A stretch of 46,334 nt of DNA from assembly GCA_037141805.1 (NCBI GenBank), contig JBAXBW010000001.1, forward strand, positions 1-46,334. The letters are read 5' to 3'. Each line of letters starts with the position of its first letter. Positions within the stretch are counted from its first letter, which is position 1. This document shows positions 9,398-19,811 of this stretch, in pieces. Origin of the DNA: Chlorobiaceae bacterium (GTDB lineage: Bacteria > Bacteroidota > Chlorobiia > Chlorobiales > Chlorobiaceae). The notes under the pieces were generated by a model. The model saw only the letters and a program-made list of their open reading frames with translations, did not search any database and had not been told where the DNA came from. The position numbers and the translations under genes were made by a program.

Positions 9398-9889
9398 ATG
9401 CGCAAGATTGTACTGATAGGATCTTTGATCTTGCCTCTGGTTCTCAGCTCGTGCTCATCTTCAAGGCTTGACTTCTCCGGCATTTCACCCGAAGAGGCTT
9501 ACCGGCAGGGAAAAATAAAAAATACACCTTATATCATCGACGGCAAGATGTACGTTCCTATGAGCTATGATGAGGCAATCTGTTACGAAGAAATCGGTAT
9601 TGCTTCATGGTACGGCCAGGAAACCCTTGATCAGCATAATGGACAGTTAACAGCATACGGCGAAATTTTCGACCCCGCAAAGCCAAGCGCAGCACACAAA
9701 TATCTCCCTCTACCCTCTCTTGTAAAGGTTACGAATCTTGATACCCGCACATCAATTATTGTCCGGGTCAATGATAGGGGGCCTTTTGTTGATGACCGCG
9801 TTATAGATTTGAGCACAGAAGCAGCAAAACGACTGGGATTCTTCGAAAAAGGCACCGCCAAAGTCAAGATTGAGGTCATCTCCCGATAA
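9398..9889 (+). CDS. rlpA: Septal ring lytic transglycosylase RlpA family lipoprotein
   Basis: Lipobox LSSC, GIASWYG, TAYGE.FD, AAHK.LP, VRVNDRGPF, IDLS..AA..LG. Confidence 0.92.
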   Translation: MRKIVLIGSLILPLVLSSCSSSRLDFSGISPEEAYRQGKIKNTPYIIDGKMYVPMSYDEAICYEEIGIASWYGQETLDQHNGQLTAYGEIFDPAKPSAAHKYLPLPSLVKVTNLDTRTSIIVRVNDRGPFVDDRVIDLSTEAAKRLGFFEKGTAKVKIEVISR

Positions 9890-10039
9890 ACTCAACCTTG
9901 ACCCAGGAACTCCGCCTCGAATCATTACGATCCCGGTCTTGTCGTTCTCGATCTTGATTCCTGATTCTGGTCAGTTCAGGAAAATCCTTGCCTTCTGACG
10001 GCATAACTGCGCCTGACGGGATTAAAGAATATCGGGAAT

Positions 10040-10046
10040 AAAAAAA
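10040..10046 (-). terminator. U-tract directly after the SRP RNA terminal helix
   Basis: Seven T on the minus strand immediately 3' of the closing CUUACUCUCC helix. Confidence 0.5.
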
Positions 10047-10148
10047 GGAGAGTAAGCTGACTATATCACACACTCAAATTACCGGATGCTGCTTCCTTCC
10101 GGATCTGACATGGTTGGGCAACTGAACGTTGTATAGGACTTACTCTCC
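10047..10148 (-). ncRNA. ffs: Signal recognition particle RNA (4.5S)
   Basis: Minus strand contains the SRP domain IV core GUCAGAUCCGGAAGGAAGCAGCA (GGAA tetraloop). The ends GGAGAGUAAG / CUUACUCUCC are perfectly complementary; about 102 nt. Confidence 0.92.
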
Positions 10149-10370
10149 AAAGAGGCATGTTTTCGAATTCCTATTCTCCTGACATGAAACGAAAACAAGT
10201 TTGCAAATATACTACATAGCGCGCTGAAAACAAAAAACAAACAAATACCTTTTATCTTTCTGTCAACTGTTATAACTTCCGAAACATCGAACGCTTTAAC
10301 AGGAAAAACTCAACGACCCTGCCTGAAACAGCCGCTCTCGCTGCCGGTTGATGGGGCAATAGCTATTTTT

Positions 10371-11432
10371 ATGGAAACACAGCGGATTTTAAGCGGAATG
10401 CGCCCGACCGGCAAACTCCATCTCGGACATTATACCGGAGCCCTTGAAAGTTGGGTTGAGCAGCAGAATCTGCTTCAAGATAACGGTTCAAGAGCTTATG
10501 AAACATGTTTTCTTATTGCCGATTATCATAATCTGACAACATCGCTAGAAACCGGCGAGATCTACAATCACACCCTTGATATGTTGATAGACTGGCTTGC
10601 GGCAGGCATTGATCCTGATAAAAGCCCGGTTTTTCGCCAGTCGCAGGTCAAGGAACATGCCGAACTGTTTCTGATTTTCGCAATGCTGATCACCTCATCG
10701 CGACTCGAAAGAAACCCGACACTGAAGGAGCAGGTGCGCGATCTGAATATGGATTCGTTGATCTACGGCCACCTTGGCTACCCTGTTCTCCAGGCGGCAG
10801 ATATTCTCCTCTACAAAGGCAATGTCGTTCCTGTGGGTGAGGATCAAATCCCCCATGTTGAAATTACCAGAGAGATTGCACGTAAATTCAACAACCAGTA
10901 CCCTCACCCTGTTCTCGGAGAGGTGTTTGCTGAACCGGCCCCAAAGATAACAAAATTTTCACGTCTTGTCGGTCTCGACGGAAAAGCTAAAATGTCAAAG
11001 TCAATCGGCAATACCATTCTGCTGGCTGACGGGCCTGATGAGGTTCTGAAAAAAATGCGGACAGCAGTAACAGATACCCAAAAAATACGAAAAAATGACC
11101 CGGGGCACCCCGAGATTTGCACAGTATTCAGTTATCATGCCAAATTTACTTCTCCTGATCAACTCTTGTCTGTAGAAGAAGATTGCCGCGCGGGGACGCT
11201 TGGCTGTGTGGACTGCAAAAGACTCTGCGCCACAAATATTTCGCACGATCTTGCTCCGCTGATTGAAAAACGCCACTCTTATGAAACGAATATCGATCTT
11301 GTAAAAGATATTCTCTTTGAAGGCGAAGTTAAGGCGCGGCTCATTGCCAACCATACCATGCAGGAGGTGAGAACTGCCATGAGACTTGGCGAAACAACCG
11401 CCTCCACCCATTACGGACAAGTTAAATGCTGA
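10371..11432 (+). CDS. trpS: Tryptophan--tRNA ligase
   Basis: SGMRPTGKLHLGHY (HIGH), YPVLQAADIL, VPVGEDQ, KMSKS. Confidence 0.97.
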   Translation: METQRILSGMRPTGKLHLGHYTGALESWVEQQNLLQDNGSRAYETCFLIADYHNLTTSLETGEIYNHTLDMLIDWLAAGIDPDKSPVFRQSQVKEHAELFLIFAMLITSSRLERNPTLKEQVRDLNMDSLIYGHLGYPVLQAADILLYKGNVVPVGEDQIPHVEITREIARKFNNQYPHPVLGEVFAEPAPKITKFSRLVGLDGKAKMSKSIGNTILLADGPDEVLKKMRTAVTDTQKIRKNDPGHPEICTVFSYHAKFTSPDQLLSVEEDCRAGTLGCVDCKRLCATNISHDLAPLIEKRHSYETNIDLVKDILFEGEVKARLIANHTMQEVRTAMRLGETTASTHYGQVKC

Positions 11433-12127
11433 ACAACAGAAAACACGCCTTTATCTTTGACATGGATGGGGTGCTGACCGATAATATGCGCCTTCATGCT
11501 GACTCCTGGGTTCAGCTTTTCAGAGATTTCGGTCTTGAAGGACTTGATGCTGAACGCTACTTGGTAGAAACGGCTGGCATGAAAGGCCTTGACGTGCTCC
11601 GCTACTTTCTCGATCCGAACATCAGTGAAGCTGAGGCTGCCCGGCTTACAGAGCTCAAGGATTTTCTTTACCGAGTCACCTCTCGCGAGCTTATTAAACC
11701 ATTGGCAGGACTTGATGCGTTTCTTGATGCAGCTGAAGCCCGAAAAGTACTTCTTGGAATTGGCACTGGCGCCAGTCCAAAAAATATTGATTATGTTCTC
11801 GGCATCCTGAACCTTACTGAAAAGTTTCAGGCTGTTGTTGACCCGTTTCAGGTTCCCTGCGGCAAACCCCAGCCTGACATTTTTTTACGTGCTGCAGAAC
11901 TCCTTGACGTTCCTCCTTCTGCTTGTATTGTTTTTGAGGATGCCCTACCCGGAGTTGAAGCCGCGCAAAAGGCGGGCATGCATTGCGTTGCTTTAACGAC
12001 GACAAACAGTGCCGAAGCATTCAGCAGTTTTGAGAATATTGTACAGATTATCGACGATTTTACACAACTTCGCCCTGATGATCTTCTTGAAAAGCTCTCC
12101 AGGAGAGAACCAGCGACACTTATATAA
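11426..12127 (+). CDS. HAD family phosphatase (beta-phosphoglucomutase-like)
   Basis: FDMDGVL motif I, GKP.PDIFL, FEDA..GV.AA..AGM. Confidence 0.9.
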   Translation: MLNNRKHAFIFDMDGVLTDNMRLHADSWVQLFRDFGLEGLDAERYLVETAGMKGLDVLRYFLDPNISEAEAARLTELKDFLYRVTSRELIKPLAGLDAFLDAAEARKVLLGIGTGASPKNIDYVLGILNLTEKFQAVVDPFQVPCGKPQPDIFLRAAELLDVPPSACIVFEDALPGVEAAQKAGMHCVALTTTNSAEAFSSFENIVQIIDDFTQLRPDDLLEKLSRREPATLI

Positions 12128-12135
12128 CGAATCTT

Positions 12136-13797
12136 ATGCTAGAATTCTTTCTTCCTGTCATCCAGAGGGCCCTCCGCTCGGCAGGCGTGACCGCTGACAA
12201 ACCGATCCATCTTGAACAGCCTTCGGACAGGAAGTTCGGAGACTTTTCGACAAATATAGCTATGCTTTCGGCAAAAGAGTGCCAGCGAAACCCCCGGGAA
12301 CTCGCACAAGAGATTATCCCATATCTGGCGTTTCCTCCAGATACTGTTGCACGAATTGAGGTGGCAGGAGCGGGATTCATCAACTTTTATCTTACACCGC
12401 GCTTTATCATGCGCTCTGTCGAACAGGTGCTGCTTAAGGGAGATGAATTTGGAAAAGGAAACATAGGTCAGGGGAAAAAAGCTATCGTTGAATACGTCAG
12501 TGCCAATCCAACCGGCCCCCTGACCATAGGACGAGGCCGGGGTGGCGTGCTCGGTGACTGTATTGCCAGTCTTTTTGAAACACAAGGATATGAAGTCACA
12601 CGGGAGTACTATTTCAACGATGCTGGCCGTCAGATGCAGATTCTCGGGGAATCGGTACGACTCCGCTACCTGGAGTGCTGCGGCAGAGAAACAGAGTTTC
12701 CCGCTACCCATTACCAAGGGGAATATATCCGGGAGATTGCTGAAAAGCTGTACTCTGATCATGGGACAACGCTAGAAAATAACACGGACCTCATTGTCTT
12801 TAAAAAAAGCGCTGAAGAGATCATTTTTGCCTCAATACGCACAACACTTGATCGTCTCAGCATCCGCCATGACTCATTTTTCAATGAGCATACCCTTTAC
12901 ACTCCCGATCATCAAGGCATCGCTGCAAACCAGCGAGTCATTGATGAACTCAGAAAAAAAGAGTTCATCACCGAATATGACGGGGCTATCTGGTTTCTGA
13001 CAACAAAGCTTGGTCAGGAAAAGGACAAGGTACTCATCAAATCGTCTGGCGAACCCAGCTATCGATTACCCGATATTGCATACCACATCACTAAGTACGA
13101 ACGGGGCTACGACATGATCGTCAATGTGTTCGGCGCTGATCATATCGATGAATATCCGGACGTTCTTGAGGCTCTCAAGATTCTCGGTTATGATACCGAG
13201 CGTATCAAAATTGCCATCAACCAGTTTGTAACAACAACGGTTGATGGACAAACCCTTAAAATGTCGACAAGAAAAGGGAATGCCGATCTGCTGGACGACT
13301 TGATTGATGATGTCGGTGCAGATGCTACAAGACTCTTTTTCATCATGCGCGGTAAAGACTCTCATCTTAACTTCGATATTGAACTGGCAAAAAAACAGTC
13401 CAAGGAAAATCCGGTATTCTACCTGCAATATGCCCATGCGCGCATTTGCAGCCTTTTGCGCATGGCTCGGCAAGAAACAGGGTTTAACCCTTCTGACAAT
13501 GCTGCTGAATACCAGTTACTGCGCCTGCTCAGCTCTCCTTCTGAGGTTCAGCTTGGCTTTGCGCTGCTGGACTATCCTGATATGATAAAAACAAGCCTGC
13601 GTTTGCTTGAACCACAAAAAATGGTCGAGTATCTGCACTCTCTGGCTGAACTTTTTCACCGATTCTATCAGGAGTGCCCCATACTCAAAGCTGAAGCCGA
13701 TATCTGTAAGGCGAGGCTTTATCTTTCGCTGGCAACTCGCCAGGTATTGCGCAACGGCTTCAGGATTCTTGGAGTTTCTGCCCCTGAGTCGATGTAG
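12136..13797 (+). CDS. argS: Arginine--tRNA ligase
   Basis: [48 protein letters not shown]-terminal APESM. Confidence 0.97.
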   Translation: MLEFFLPVIQRALRSAGVTADKPIHLEQPSDRKFGDFSTNIAMLSAKECQRNPRELAQEIIPYLAFPPDTVARIEVAGAGFINFYLTPRFIMRSVEQVLLKGDEFGKGNIGQGKKAIVEYVSANPTGPLTIGRGRGGVLGDCIASLFETQGYEVTREYYFNDAGRQMQILGESVRLRYLECCGRETEFPATHYQGEYIREIAEKLYSDHGTTLENNTDLIVFKKSAEEIIFASIRTTLDRLSIRHDSFFNEHTLYTPDHQGIAANQRVIDELRKKEFITEYDGAIWFLTTKLGQEKDKVLIKSSGEPSYRLPDIAYHITKYERGYDMIVNVFGADHIDEYPDVLEALKILGYDTERIKIAINQFVTTTVDGQTLKMSTRKGNADLLDDLIDDVGADATRLFFIMRGKDSHLNFDIELAKKQSKENPVFYLQYAHARICSLLRMARQETGFNPSDNAAEYQLLRLLSSPSEVQLGFALLDYPDMIKTSLRLLEPQKMVEYLHSLAELFHRFYQECPILKAEADICKARLYLSLATRQVLRNGFRILGVSAPESM

Positions 13798-14404
13798 AGG
13801 AGTGACATCGGCGGTAAATGGCGTGCTCGGTAATGTAACAGTGCAAAGAAGCAGGAACAAGTCTTGAGAGAGAGTTACCGGCACCCGCCACCACCCTGAC
13901 CTCAGTTGAGGAAACCGGATATGCAAAATCTATAAATCGTATAGCCTCCTTCCAATGTTGGACATTAGGGGTAACGGGAAGGCCTGTCACCATCGTTGAT
14001 GATCTTCTAAAAACCACGACATCGCACAGCAAAAAAAGCTTCTCACACTCTTTCCACGACGAAAAATCCCTGAAGCTGTCTTCCCCTACAAGAAGACTCA
14101 AACGCTCGTTTGGGTAACGTGCATGGAGATACCGCAATAGATCGACAGTATATGATGGCTGCTGTTTATCAAGCTCCCATCTGCTGACCTCACAGCAAAA
14201 CCCTGTACGATTTATTTCTGAAGAAATAAGCTCAGCCATGTGCATTCTGTGAGCATCACCTGCCTCGCTGTTCTTCTTGAAGGGATTATTTGATACTGAA
14301 ATAATCAGCCGGTCAATATCAAGCAACTCTCTGGCAAGCAGGCATAGAGCAAGATGCCCATTGTGCGGCGGATCGAAAGTACCTCCAAAAACGGCCAAAT
14401 GCAC
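13760..14404 (-). CDS. nadD: Nicotinate-nucleotide adenylyltransferase
   Basis: [33 protein letters not shown]. Confidence 0.94.
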   Translation of the reverse strand: MHLAVFGGTFDPPHNGHLALCLLARELLDIDRLIISVSNNPFKKNSEAGDAHRMHMAELISSEINRTGFCCEVSRWELDKQQPSYTVDLLRYLHARYPNERLSLLVGEDSFRDFSSWKECEKLFLLCDVVVFRRSSTMVTGLPVTPNVQHWKEAIRFIDFAYPVSSTEVRVVAGAGNSLSRLVPASLHCYITEHAIYRRCHSSTSTQGQKLQES

Positions 14405-14416
14405 GATTAGCGGCGT

Positions 14417-15289
14417 TCAGTTTTTGCAATTCAGAGTGATTTTATCCCTGATCCCCTGCATTTCCTTTCGTTTTTCGGGAAAAAGCTGCACATATTGATC
14501 AAGCACCAGCCCCGCATCAAACCACTTTTTCCTCTTGATCAGTACATCAATCTTTCCCTCAAGAGCAGGCTGATCATAAATGGTATCAGGATAATGCGCA
14601 ATAACCTCGTCGTAGAAAATTCCTGCCGCCTTATATTTTCCAAGCTGAACATATTGACGCGCTATAAAAAATGAGTTTTTTGCCAGCTTTTCTCTCAACG
14701 TCATGATTGCCTTCCCCGAATAATTCAGGCTGTCAATACGAGAATATTGGACCATTGCCGATGCGTAGTTCTGCTTATAGAATATGTTCTCGGGATTGAT
14801 CTTCAGCAGCTCCTTCCATGTCTTCACATCACCAGCAATCTTCGATGAATCAGCCACAGAATAAAGTTCCTGATAAAGGGAAAACTGCTCTACGGATTTA
14901 CGGGTATACTGCTGATCCAATTCATAATGCGGAGAAAGCTGTTCATAGGACTTGGCAACCATAAACTGGGATGTTCTTGCATAAGGTGTAGAGGAAATCT
15001 GTAGCACCCTGGAAAACATATCTGCGGCCAGCATATATTCTCCGGAATGATAATAAGACTGTCCTAGAAGGTACTGAATATCATCTTCAAGCGCAGTTGC
15101 ACGAGAAGTAAAAAGCAGTGATTCCAGCCCAATAATAACCGCAGGATAATCTCCCTTATCATACAGTTTCACCGCTCGTGCATAACCCTCGTTAACAAGG
15201 GAATCAGACTTCGCTTCAGGTTTTGAGGTGGAACAGCCGGAGCTGATAAGTAACCCTGTTACAAAAAGCATCAGTACTAAACGTGACAT
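14417..15289 (-). CDS. bamD: Outer membrane protein assembly factor BamD (lipoprotein)
   Basis: Lipobox-like SSGC, TPR-like helices, ELDQ.YT, LREKLAK...IA..Y...G.YKAA..YPDT. Start placed at ATG 15289. Confidence 0.85.
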   Translation of the reverse strand: MSRLVLMLFVTGLLISSGCSTSKPEAKSDSLVNEGYARAVKLYDKGDYPAVIIGLESLLFTSRATALEDDIQYLLGQSYYHSGEYMLAADMFSRVLQISSTPYARTSQFMVAKSYEQLSPHYELDQQYTRKSVEQFSLYQELYSVADSSKIAGDVKTWKELLKINPENIFYKQNYASAMVQYSRIDSLNYSGKAIMTLREKLAKNSFFIARQYVQLGKYKAAGIFYDEVIAHYPDTIYDQPALEGKIDVLIKRKKWFDAGLVLDQYVQLFPEKRKEMQGIRDKITLNCKN

Positions 15290-15382
15290 AACTCTGCAAC
15301 CCCACATAGAATCACTCCATTATTCTTTTTAGAAAACTCATAACAACTGAACGAAAAAGATGCTACAAGCAATATATCGTTG

Positions 15383-15455
15383 TGGAGCTTAGGGGAGTCG
15401 AACCCCTGACCTTCTCATTGCGAACGAGACGCTCTACCAACTGAGCTAAAGCCCC
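15383..15455 (-). tRNA. tRNA-Ala (anticodon CGC)
   Basis: GGGGCTTTAGCTCAGTTGGTAGAGCGTCTCGTTCGCAATGAGAAGGTCAGGGGTTCGACTCCCCTAAGCTCCA. G3-U70 Ala identity pair, anticodon loop TT-CGC-AA; CCA end not encoded. Confidence 0.96.
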
Positions 15456-15512
15456 GATGATCATGCTACAAATTTTTAACGCTGCCTGCAAATGCAACAA
15501 CAAAAATAAGGC

Positions 15513-15543
15513 AAAAAAATAGCCTGCACAGGCGCAGGCTATT
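15513..15543 (-). terminator. Intrinsic terminator of the atp operon
   Basis: AATAGCCTGC-loop-GCAGGCTATT stem followed by a T-run on the minus strand, 30 nt after the atpH stop. Confidence 0.8.
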
Positions 15544-15573
15544 GACTCTTAAAGCCGTTAACTATTTCTCCTG

Positions 15574-16119
15574 TCATGCCTTTTCGGAAACCAGAACCTT
15601 CCTGAGCATCTCAAGCTGGTGGCTTATAGTGCCGTCATAAATCGTATCGCCAATTTTCACGGAAACCCCACCAATAAAATCCTCATTGACAGACAATTTT
15701 TGCCGAATTTTCTTTCCCGTAAAAACAGCGAGCCTGTTCTCCAGATCATTGGACTGTTCATCAGAGAGTTGCACCGCGCTGACAACATCAACATTGATAA
15801 CACCTCGTTTCTCATCCAGAAGGATTTGAAACTCATCAATGATTTGTGGAAGAAGACCTGCACGTTTTTTTTGTGCAACCAGCCTCAAAAACAAGAACAT
15901 TTTATCCCCGATCAACCCTCTAAATATCTCTTCAAGGATATGGATCTTCTTGTCGCCTTTAACAAGAGGACTGCGTAAAGCATGGACCAGATCACGTGAA
16001 TTGTGAAGAACATCCCTGACCACGATCAGCTCTTCAACAATCTGATCAAGAAAATTACCCTCTTCAGCGGATGAAAAGAGAGCGGCAGCATATCGACGAC
16101 TTGCAATTAATGTTGACAT
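15574..16119 (-). CDS. atpH: ATP synthase F1 delta subunit
   Basis: ASRRYA.AL, SA..L, IGGV.VKIGDTIYDG; follows atpF. Confidence 0.95.
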   Translation of the reverse strand: MSTLIASRRYAAALFSSAEEGNFLDQIVEELIVVRDVLHNSRDLVHALRSPLVKGDKKIHILEEIFRGLIGDKMFLFLRLVAQKKRAGLLPQIIDEFQILLDEKRGVINVDVVSAVQLSDEQSNDLENRLAVFTGKKIRQKLSVNEDFIGGVSVKIGDTIYDGTISHQLEMLRKVLVSEKA

Positions 16120-16134
16120 GACTTTGGGCCGTTT

Positions 16135-16662
16135 TCAGTTACGTTTTGTTGAAAAATCCTGGATCATGCTGTTAACTATCTTTTTCTGCATATCAGCATC
16201 AAGAGCGGTCTTGATAATTTTTTCAGCGCCCCTGACGGCAAGATCAGCAACTTCATTCCTCAGCACATCGAGCGCCCGGCGTTTTTCCTGTTCTATTTCA
16301 TCTTTCGCCGAGGCAATCATTTTTTTCGCCTCACTCTGAGCCTTTTCTGTAATATCAGCGCGAAGCTTTTCTGCATAGTCCTTACCTTCACGAAGAATCC
16401 GGTCGGCTTCAGCATCAGCTTTTGAAAGCAGTTCCCTGTTTTTACGCAAAATAGCTTCTGACTCATCCTTGGCCTGATGAGCACGGTCAATAGATGACTG
16501 AATTCCCGTCTCCCTCTCCTGAAGAGCCGTAAGAATAGGGCCCCATGCAATCTTTTTCAGAATAAGCATGACAAGAACAAATGTTATCGCAGTCCAGAAA
16601 ATAAGGCCGGGTTCCGGGCTCAAAAGACTACCGGCAAGAATTATAACTCCTGACGTAAGCAT
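16135..16662 (-). CDS. atpF: ATP synthase Fo b subunit
   Basis: PGLIFWT..TF..LKK.AWGPI..L.ERE followed by a coiled coil. Confidence 0.95.
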   Translation of the reverse strand: MLTSGVIILAGSLLSPEPGLIFWTAITFVLVMLILKKIAWGPILTALQERETGIQSSIDRAHQAKDESEAILRKNRELLSKADAEADRILREGKDYAEKLRADITEKAQSEAKKMIASAKDEIEQEKRRALDVLRNEVADLAVRGAEKIIKTALDADMQKKIVNSMIQDFSTKRN

Positions 16663-16685
16663 GAACAATGTTTCCGTTAACGATT

Positions 16686-16728
16686 AATAAAACCCGACAA
16701 CGGCTTGGGGAAATAAGCCGCAATCGGG
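16686..16728 (-). terminator. Intercistronic stem-loop with U-tract between atpE and atpF
   Basis: CCCGAUUGCGGCUU-loop-AAGCCGUUGUCGGG followed by UUUUAUU. Confidence 0.6.
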
Positions 16729-16765
16729 ATATCTTCTCTATCGAATCTGCAGAGCACTCGTAATC

Positions 16766-16993
16766 TTACTTGAGAGCAAGAAGCACGCAGATAACTTCGC
16801 CGAACAGAGCAACACCTTCGATAAGAGCCGCTGCAATAATCATGGTAGTACGGATATCTGCAGTAGCTTCAGGCTGACGAGCAACACCTTCAGCCGCAGA
16901 GGCTGCTACGTTACCAATACCAAGACCAGCGCCGATAACAGCAAGACCAGCACCAATACCGGCGCCTAAATAACCCAAACCTAAACCTTCCAT
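16766..16993 (-). CDS. atpE: ATP synthase Fo c subunit
   Basis: GxGxGxG helix, RQPE loop, ion-binding Glu in LIEGVALF. Confidence 0.97.
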   Translation of the reverse strand: MEGLGLGYLGAGIGAGLAVIGAGLGIGNVAASAAEGVARQPEATADIRTTMIIAAALIEGVALFGEVICVLLALK

Positions 16994-17094
16994 CTTGTAA
17001 TTACCCCCGTTTATTTTTTTTGTAAGTTTTCATTAAAACCAGTCCATAAAACGCCTGAAAATAAGAGTTATTCTTTGTTAATCCTTACCCCATT

Positions 17095-18111
17095 TTAATG
17101 TGAGGCAACTCCCGCCTCATGCTCCTCATGTCCTTCATGAGCAGAAGCAAGGCCTATAAAAAGGGCGGAGAGCATCGTAAAGATAAATGCCTGAAGAAAA
17201 GCGACAAAAAGTTCAAGCAGATAGATAAATATCGAGAACGGAACCGACATGACGACTGCAACGACATAGCTTTTAAGAATGAAGCTGATAAAGATCAGAC
17301 TGAGGATCACAATGTGGCCCGCCGTCATATTCGCAAACAACCGTATAGTCAGAGCAACCGGCTTGGTAAACAACCCGATAAATTCAATCGGAATCATAAT
17401 AATCCATAGTGCCGGATGAGTTCCTCCCGTAAGATGTGCAAGATACCCCTTGATGCCATGGGCTTTCAAGGCCGCCATCTGTGTAAGGAAAAAAGTAAAT
17501 GTAGCAAGGGTCAGCGTTACGTTGATATTTCCAGTAGCAGTGGCACCGTAGGGAACGAGCCCCATAAGGTTGCAGAGCAAAATAAAAAAGAAGACTGTCA
17601 GAAGGTATGTGAGATACTTTTCATATCCCTTCCCGATATTGGCTTTAGCTACATCACTGCGGATAAATTCAACCAGTGCCTCCATAGCGTTAACTAACCC
17701 TCCAGGAGCCTGGCGGGCACTCATCTTCTTGTACTTGCCGCCAACTACTGAAAATATTCCTATAAGAATTCCTGATACAACCCAGAGCATCACCACATGT
17801 TTGGTGATTGAAATATCATAACCACCCACCTTTATTTCGGGAAGCTCCACACTGCCAAAAGGAGGGAAAGAAAATACTCTGTTATTAAGAATATGATGCA
17901 TGATCACATCTCCGGCCTTTTCCTCTTCAGGTGCCGACTGAGTGCCATGTGCAGACTCAACCGCGGAAACCGCAGCTACTTCATTTCGGGAAACACCCGG
18001 CAACTGCTCAGTAGACGCGGCAGCAATACCGTAACCATTGAGAAGAAGAGGCACAAGAACAGCAAAAACCTTGAGCAGAGCCTTAGGCTGTAGAACGTTT
18101 ATCCGTTTCAT
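17095..18111 (-). CDS. atpB: ATP synthase Fo a subunit
   Basis: N-terminal extension, [40 protein letters not shown]. Confidence 0.96.
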   Translation of the reverse strand: MKRINVLQPKALLKVFAVLVPLLLNGYGIAAASTEQLPGVSRNEVAAVSAVESAHGTQSAPEEEKAGDVIMHHILNNRVFSFPPFGSVELPEIKVGGYDISITKHVVMLWVVSGILIGIFSVVGGKYKKMSARQAPGGLVNAMEALVEFIRSDVAKANIGKGYEKYLTYLLTVFFFILLCNLMGLVPYGATATGNINVTLTLATFTFFLTQMAALKAHGIKGYLAHLTGGTHPALWIIMIPIEFIGLFTKPVALTIRLFANMTAGHIVILSLIFISFILKSYVVAVVMSVPFSIFIYLLELFVAFLQAFIFTMLSALFIGLASAHEGHEEHEAGVASH

Positions 18112-18494
18112 GCAGTATTCTTTTTCTGTTTGTTTTTCTTTTGATACCCTAGAATCTCGACAATCACATAGATACAGTAAAAAGCAAAAAATGAGAACAC
18201 AAAATCATTTATAACTGCCAGTTGTCTGATAAGAACTACCGCAATAAGTACCATCATCAAAAGCAACCGAACCATCAGTCCGCCGAACACTACCCTGGTG
18301 AAAACCACTGACTCCCTGTCAAGAGCGTACTCAAAAAGCAGGTACCCTGCAACAGTGTTGGCTACAACCATTATCCATGCAAGAAACACTGAATATCGGT
18401 CGGTAGTACCTGGGTCAAGTGCAAAAACAATTATTGCCCATAAAATGACGGATAAGATACACAATTTAATAAAAAATTCAAACAAAGGCTTCAT
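18108..18494 (-). CDS. ATP synthase protein I-like membrane protein
   Basis: Four hydrophobic segments, GGLMVRL; stop overlaps the atpB start (ATGA). Start uncertain (18494 or 18536). Confidence 0.7.
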   Translation of the reverse strand: MKPLFEFFIKLCILSVILWAIIVFALDPGTTDRYSVFLAWIMVVANTVAGYLLFEYALDRESVVFTRVVFGGLMVRLLLMMVLIAVVLIRQLAVINDFVFSFFAFYCIYVIVEILGYQKKNKQKKNTA

Positions 18495-18543
18495 AAGAAC
18501 TGTTTCTTTCTTGATAACCGACTGTAACATCTGCAAATATGCC

Positions 18544-18789
18544 CTAATTTTTTTTGTTTGCCTTCCGTACGACCTTCATGAGAACCAGCGCCATGCCAAA
18601 CATACCGAGCACAACTCCGGCCAGAAGCAGTAATGGTGACGTGCCAAACTTGCTGTCTGCCCAATATCCCGTCAACACAAAAACAGCGAAGCTTACCGCT
18701 ATCTGCAGACCTATACCCATATAATCGGACATCGCCCGAACTGAACGCCCGAACTGATCTGAAAACCTCTCTTCATCAGGCGTTGGCAT
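18544..18789 (-). CDS. AtpZ/AtpI family protein
   Basis: IGLQIA...GYWAD.KFGTSP.LLL.G..LG; first gene of the atp operon. Confidence 0.85.
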   Translation of the reverse strand: MPTPDEERFSDQFGRSVRAMSDYMGIGLQIAVSFAVFVLTGYWADSKFGTSPLLLLAGVVLGMFGMALVLMKVVRKANKKN

Positions 18790-19043
18790 CAATGAGCATC
18801 CTTGTTTATTTTCTGAACGCAAGGACATTTGGCAAAAAAATAAGATAACCAAAGCCTCCGTGACTACCGTATCATGAACCAGAAGATAATACTACTTCCT
18901 GAAATAATGAATCGATTTACAGGGAATTCTCCTGCCGATGGTTAACGACATTAAAATAAATCCTATTATTTCTGCATAACTTGATTTATAAAAAAATGGA
19001 GTACCTATTAGGCATAACAAAAATATATTTCAGCCGACTCAGA

Positions 19044-19805
19044 ATGATACCAGAATATATCGTACCAAACTGCTTTCGCCACCACCCGGAGCTTATCGCA
19101 CTGCAGAGCACAAGAAAAGGAGGGGTAAGCAAGGGGAAATATTCAGGACTGAACCTTGGAAGCAATACCGGGGATCGTCCAGACCTGGTGGATGAAAACA
19201 CCAGACGACTGTGTTCTGTAGCAGGAATTAATCCGGAACGTTTGGTCCGCTCTGATCAGGTACACGGCACAGAAATACTTTCTGCAGAAAAGCCGGGACG
19301 ATACAACGGTTATGACTCTCTTATTACAGACAAAACAAATCTCTTCCTGTGCATCTTTACCGCAGACTGTTATCCTGTGCTGCTCTATGACCCGAAGCAT
19401 CATGCTTCAGGAGCGATTCATGCCGGTTGGAAAGGTGCTGCCGGGCAGATTGTTGTAAAAACCATTGCCGCCATGAAAATTCGCTTTAACTCCGTTCCAG
19501 CAGAGTGCCTTGCCTGGATAGGAACAGGAATTTCGGCCACCGCCTATGAAGTTGACAAGGCGGTTGCAAAAGAGTTCCCCCCTGATACCGGTACGCGGTC
19601 ACCTTTCTCGCCTGATGAAGAAAAATACCTGCTGGATCTTGGCCTGGTCAACTACCGACAACTGCTTGGATCAGGAGTACCAGCATCGAATATCGAGAGA
19701 TCTTCCTTCTGCTCATACAGCGATAAAGACCTTTTCTTTTCCTACCGGCGCGATCAGGGAAAGACCGGACGCATGGTTTCCCTGATCGGAGTCTGTTCGC
19801 GCTGA
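19044..19805 (+). CDS. pgeF: Peptidoglycan editing factor PgeF / YfiH laccase-domain protein
   Basis: STRKGGVS, LNLG, QVHG, TADCYPVL, IHAGWKG, FFSYRRD...GRM. Confidence 0.92.
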   Translation: MIPEYIVPNCFRHHPELIALQSTRKGGVSKGKYSGLNLGSNTGDRPDLVDENTRRLCSVAGINPERLVRSDQVHGTEILSAEKPGRYNGYDSLITDKTNLFLCIFTADCYPVLLYDPKHHASGAIHAGWKGAAGQIVVKTIAAMKIRFNSVPAECLAWIGTGISATAYEVDKAVAKEFPPDTGTRSPFSPDEEKYLLDLGLVNYRQLLGSGVPASNIERSSFCSYSDKDLFFSYRRDQGKTGRMVSLIGVCSR

Positions 19806-19811
19806 GGTCCG

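Noticed and set aside
9876-10073. 65-aa Arg/Asp-rich ORF
   Set aside because: Starts inside the SRP RNA, crosses its U-tract and has no RBS or recognisable homology.
10150-10370. Possible T-box or attenuator upstream of trpS
   Set aside because: No T-box consensus and no Trp-codon leader peptide; only one modest hairpin.
12139-12762. 207-aa minus-strand ORF
   Set aside because: Antisense shadow of argS.
15308-15573. tRNA-Ala as an integration site
   Set aside because: No integrase, no duplicated tRNA 3' end seen, and core genes on both sides.
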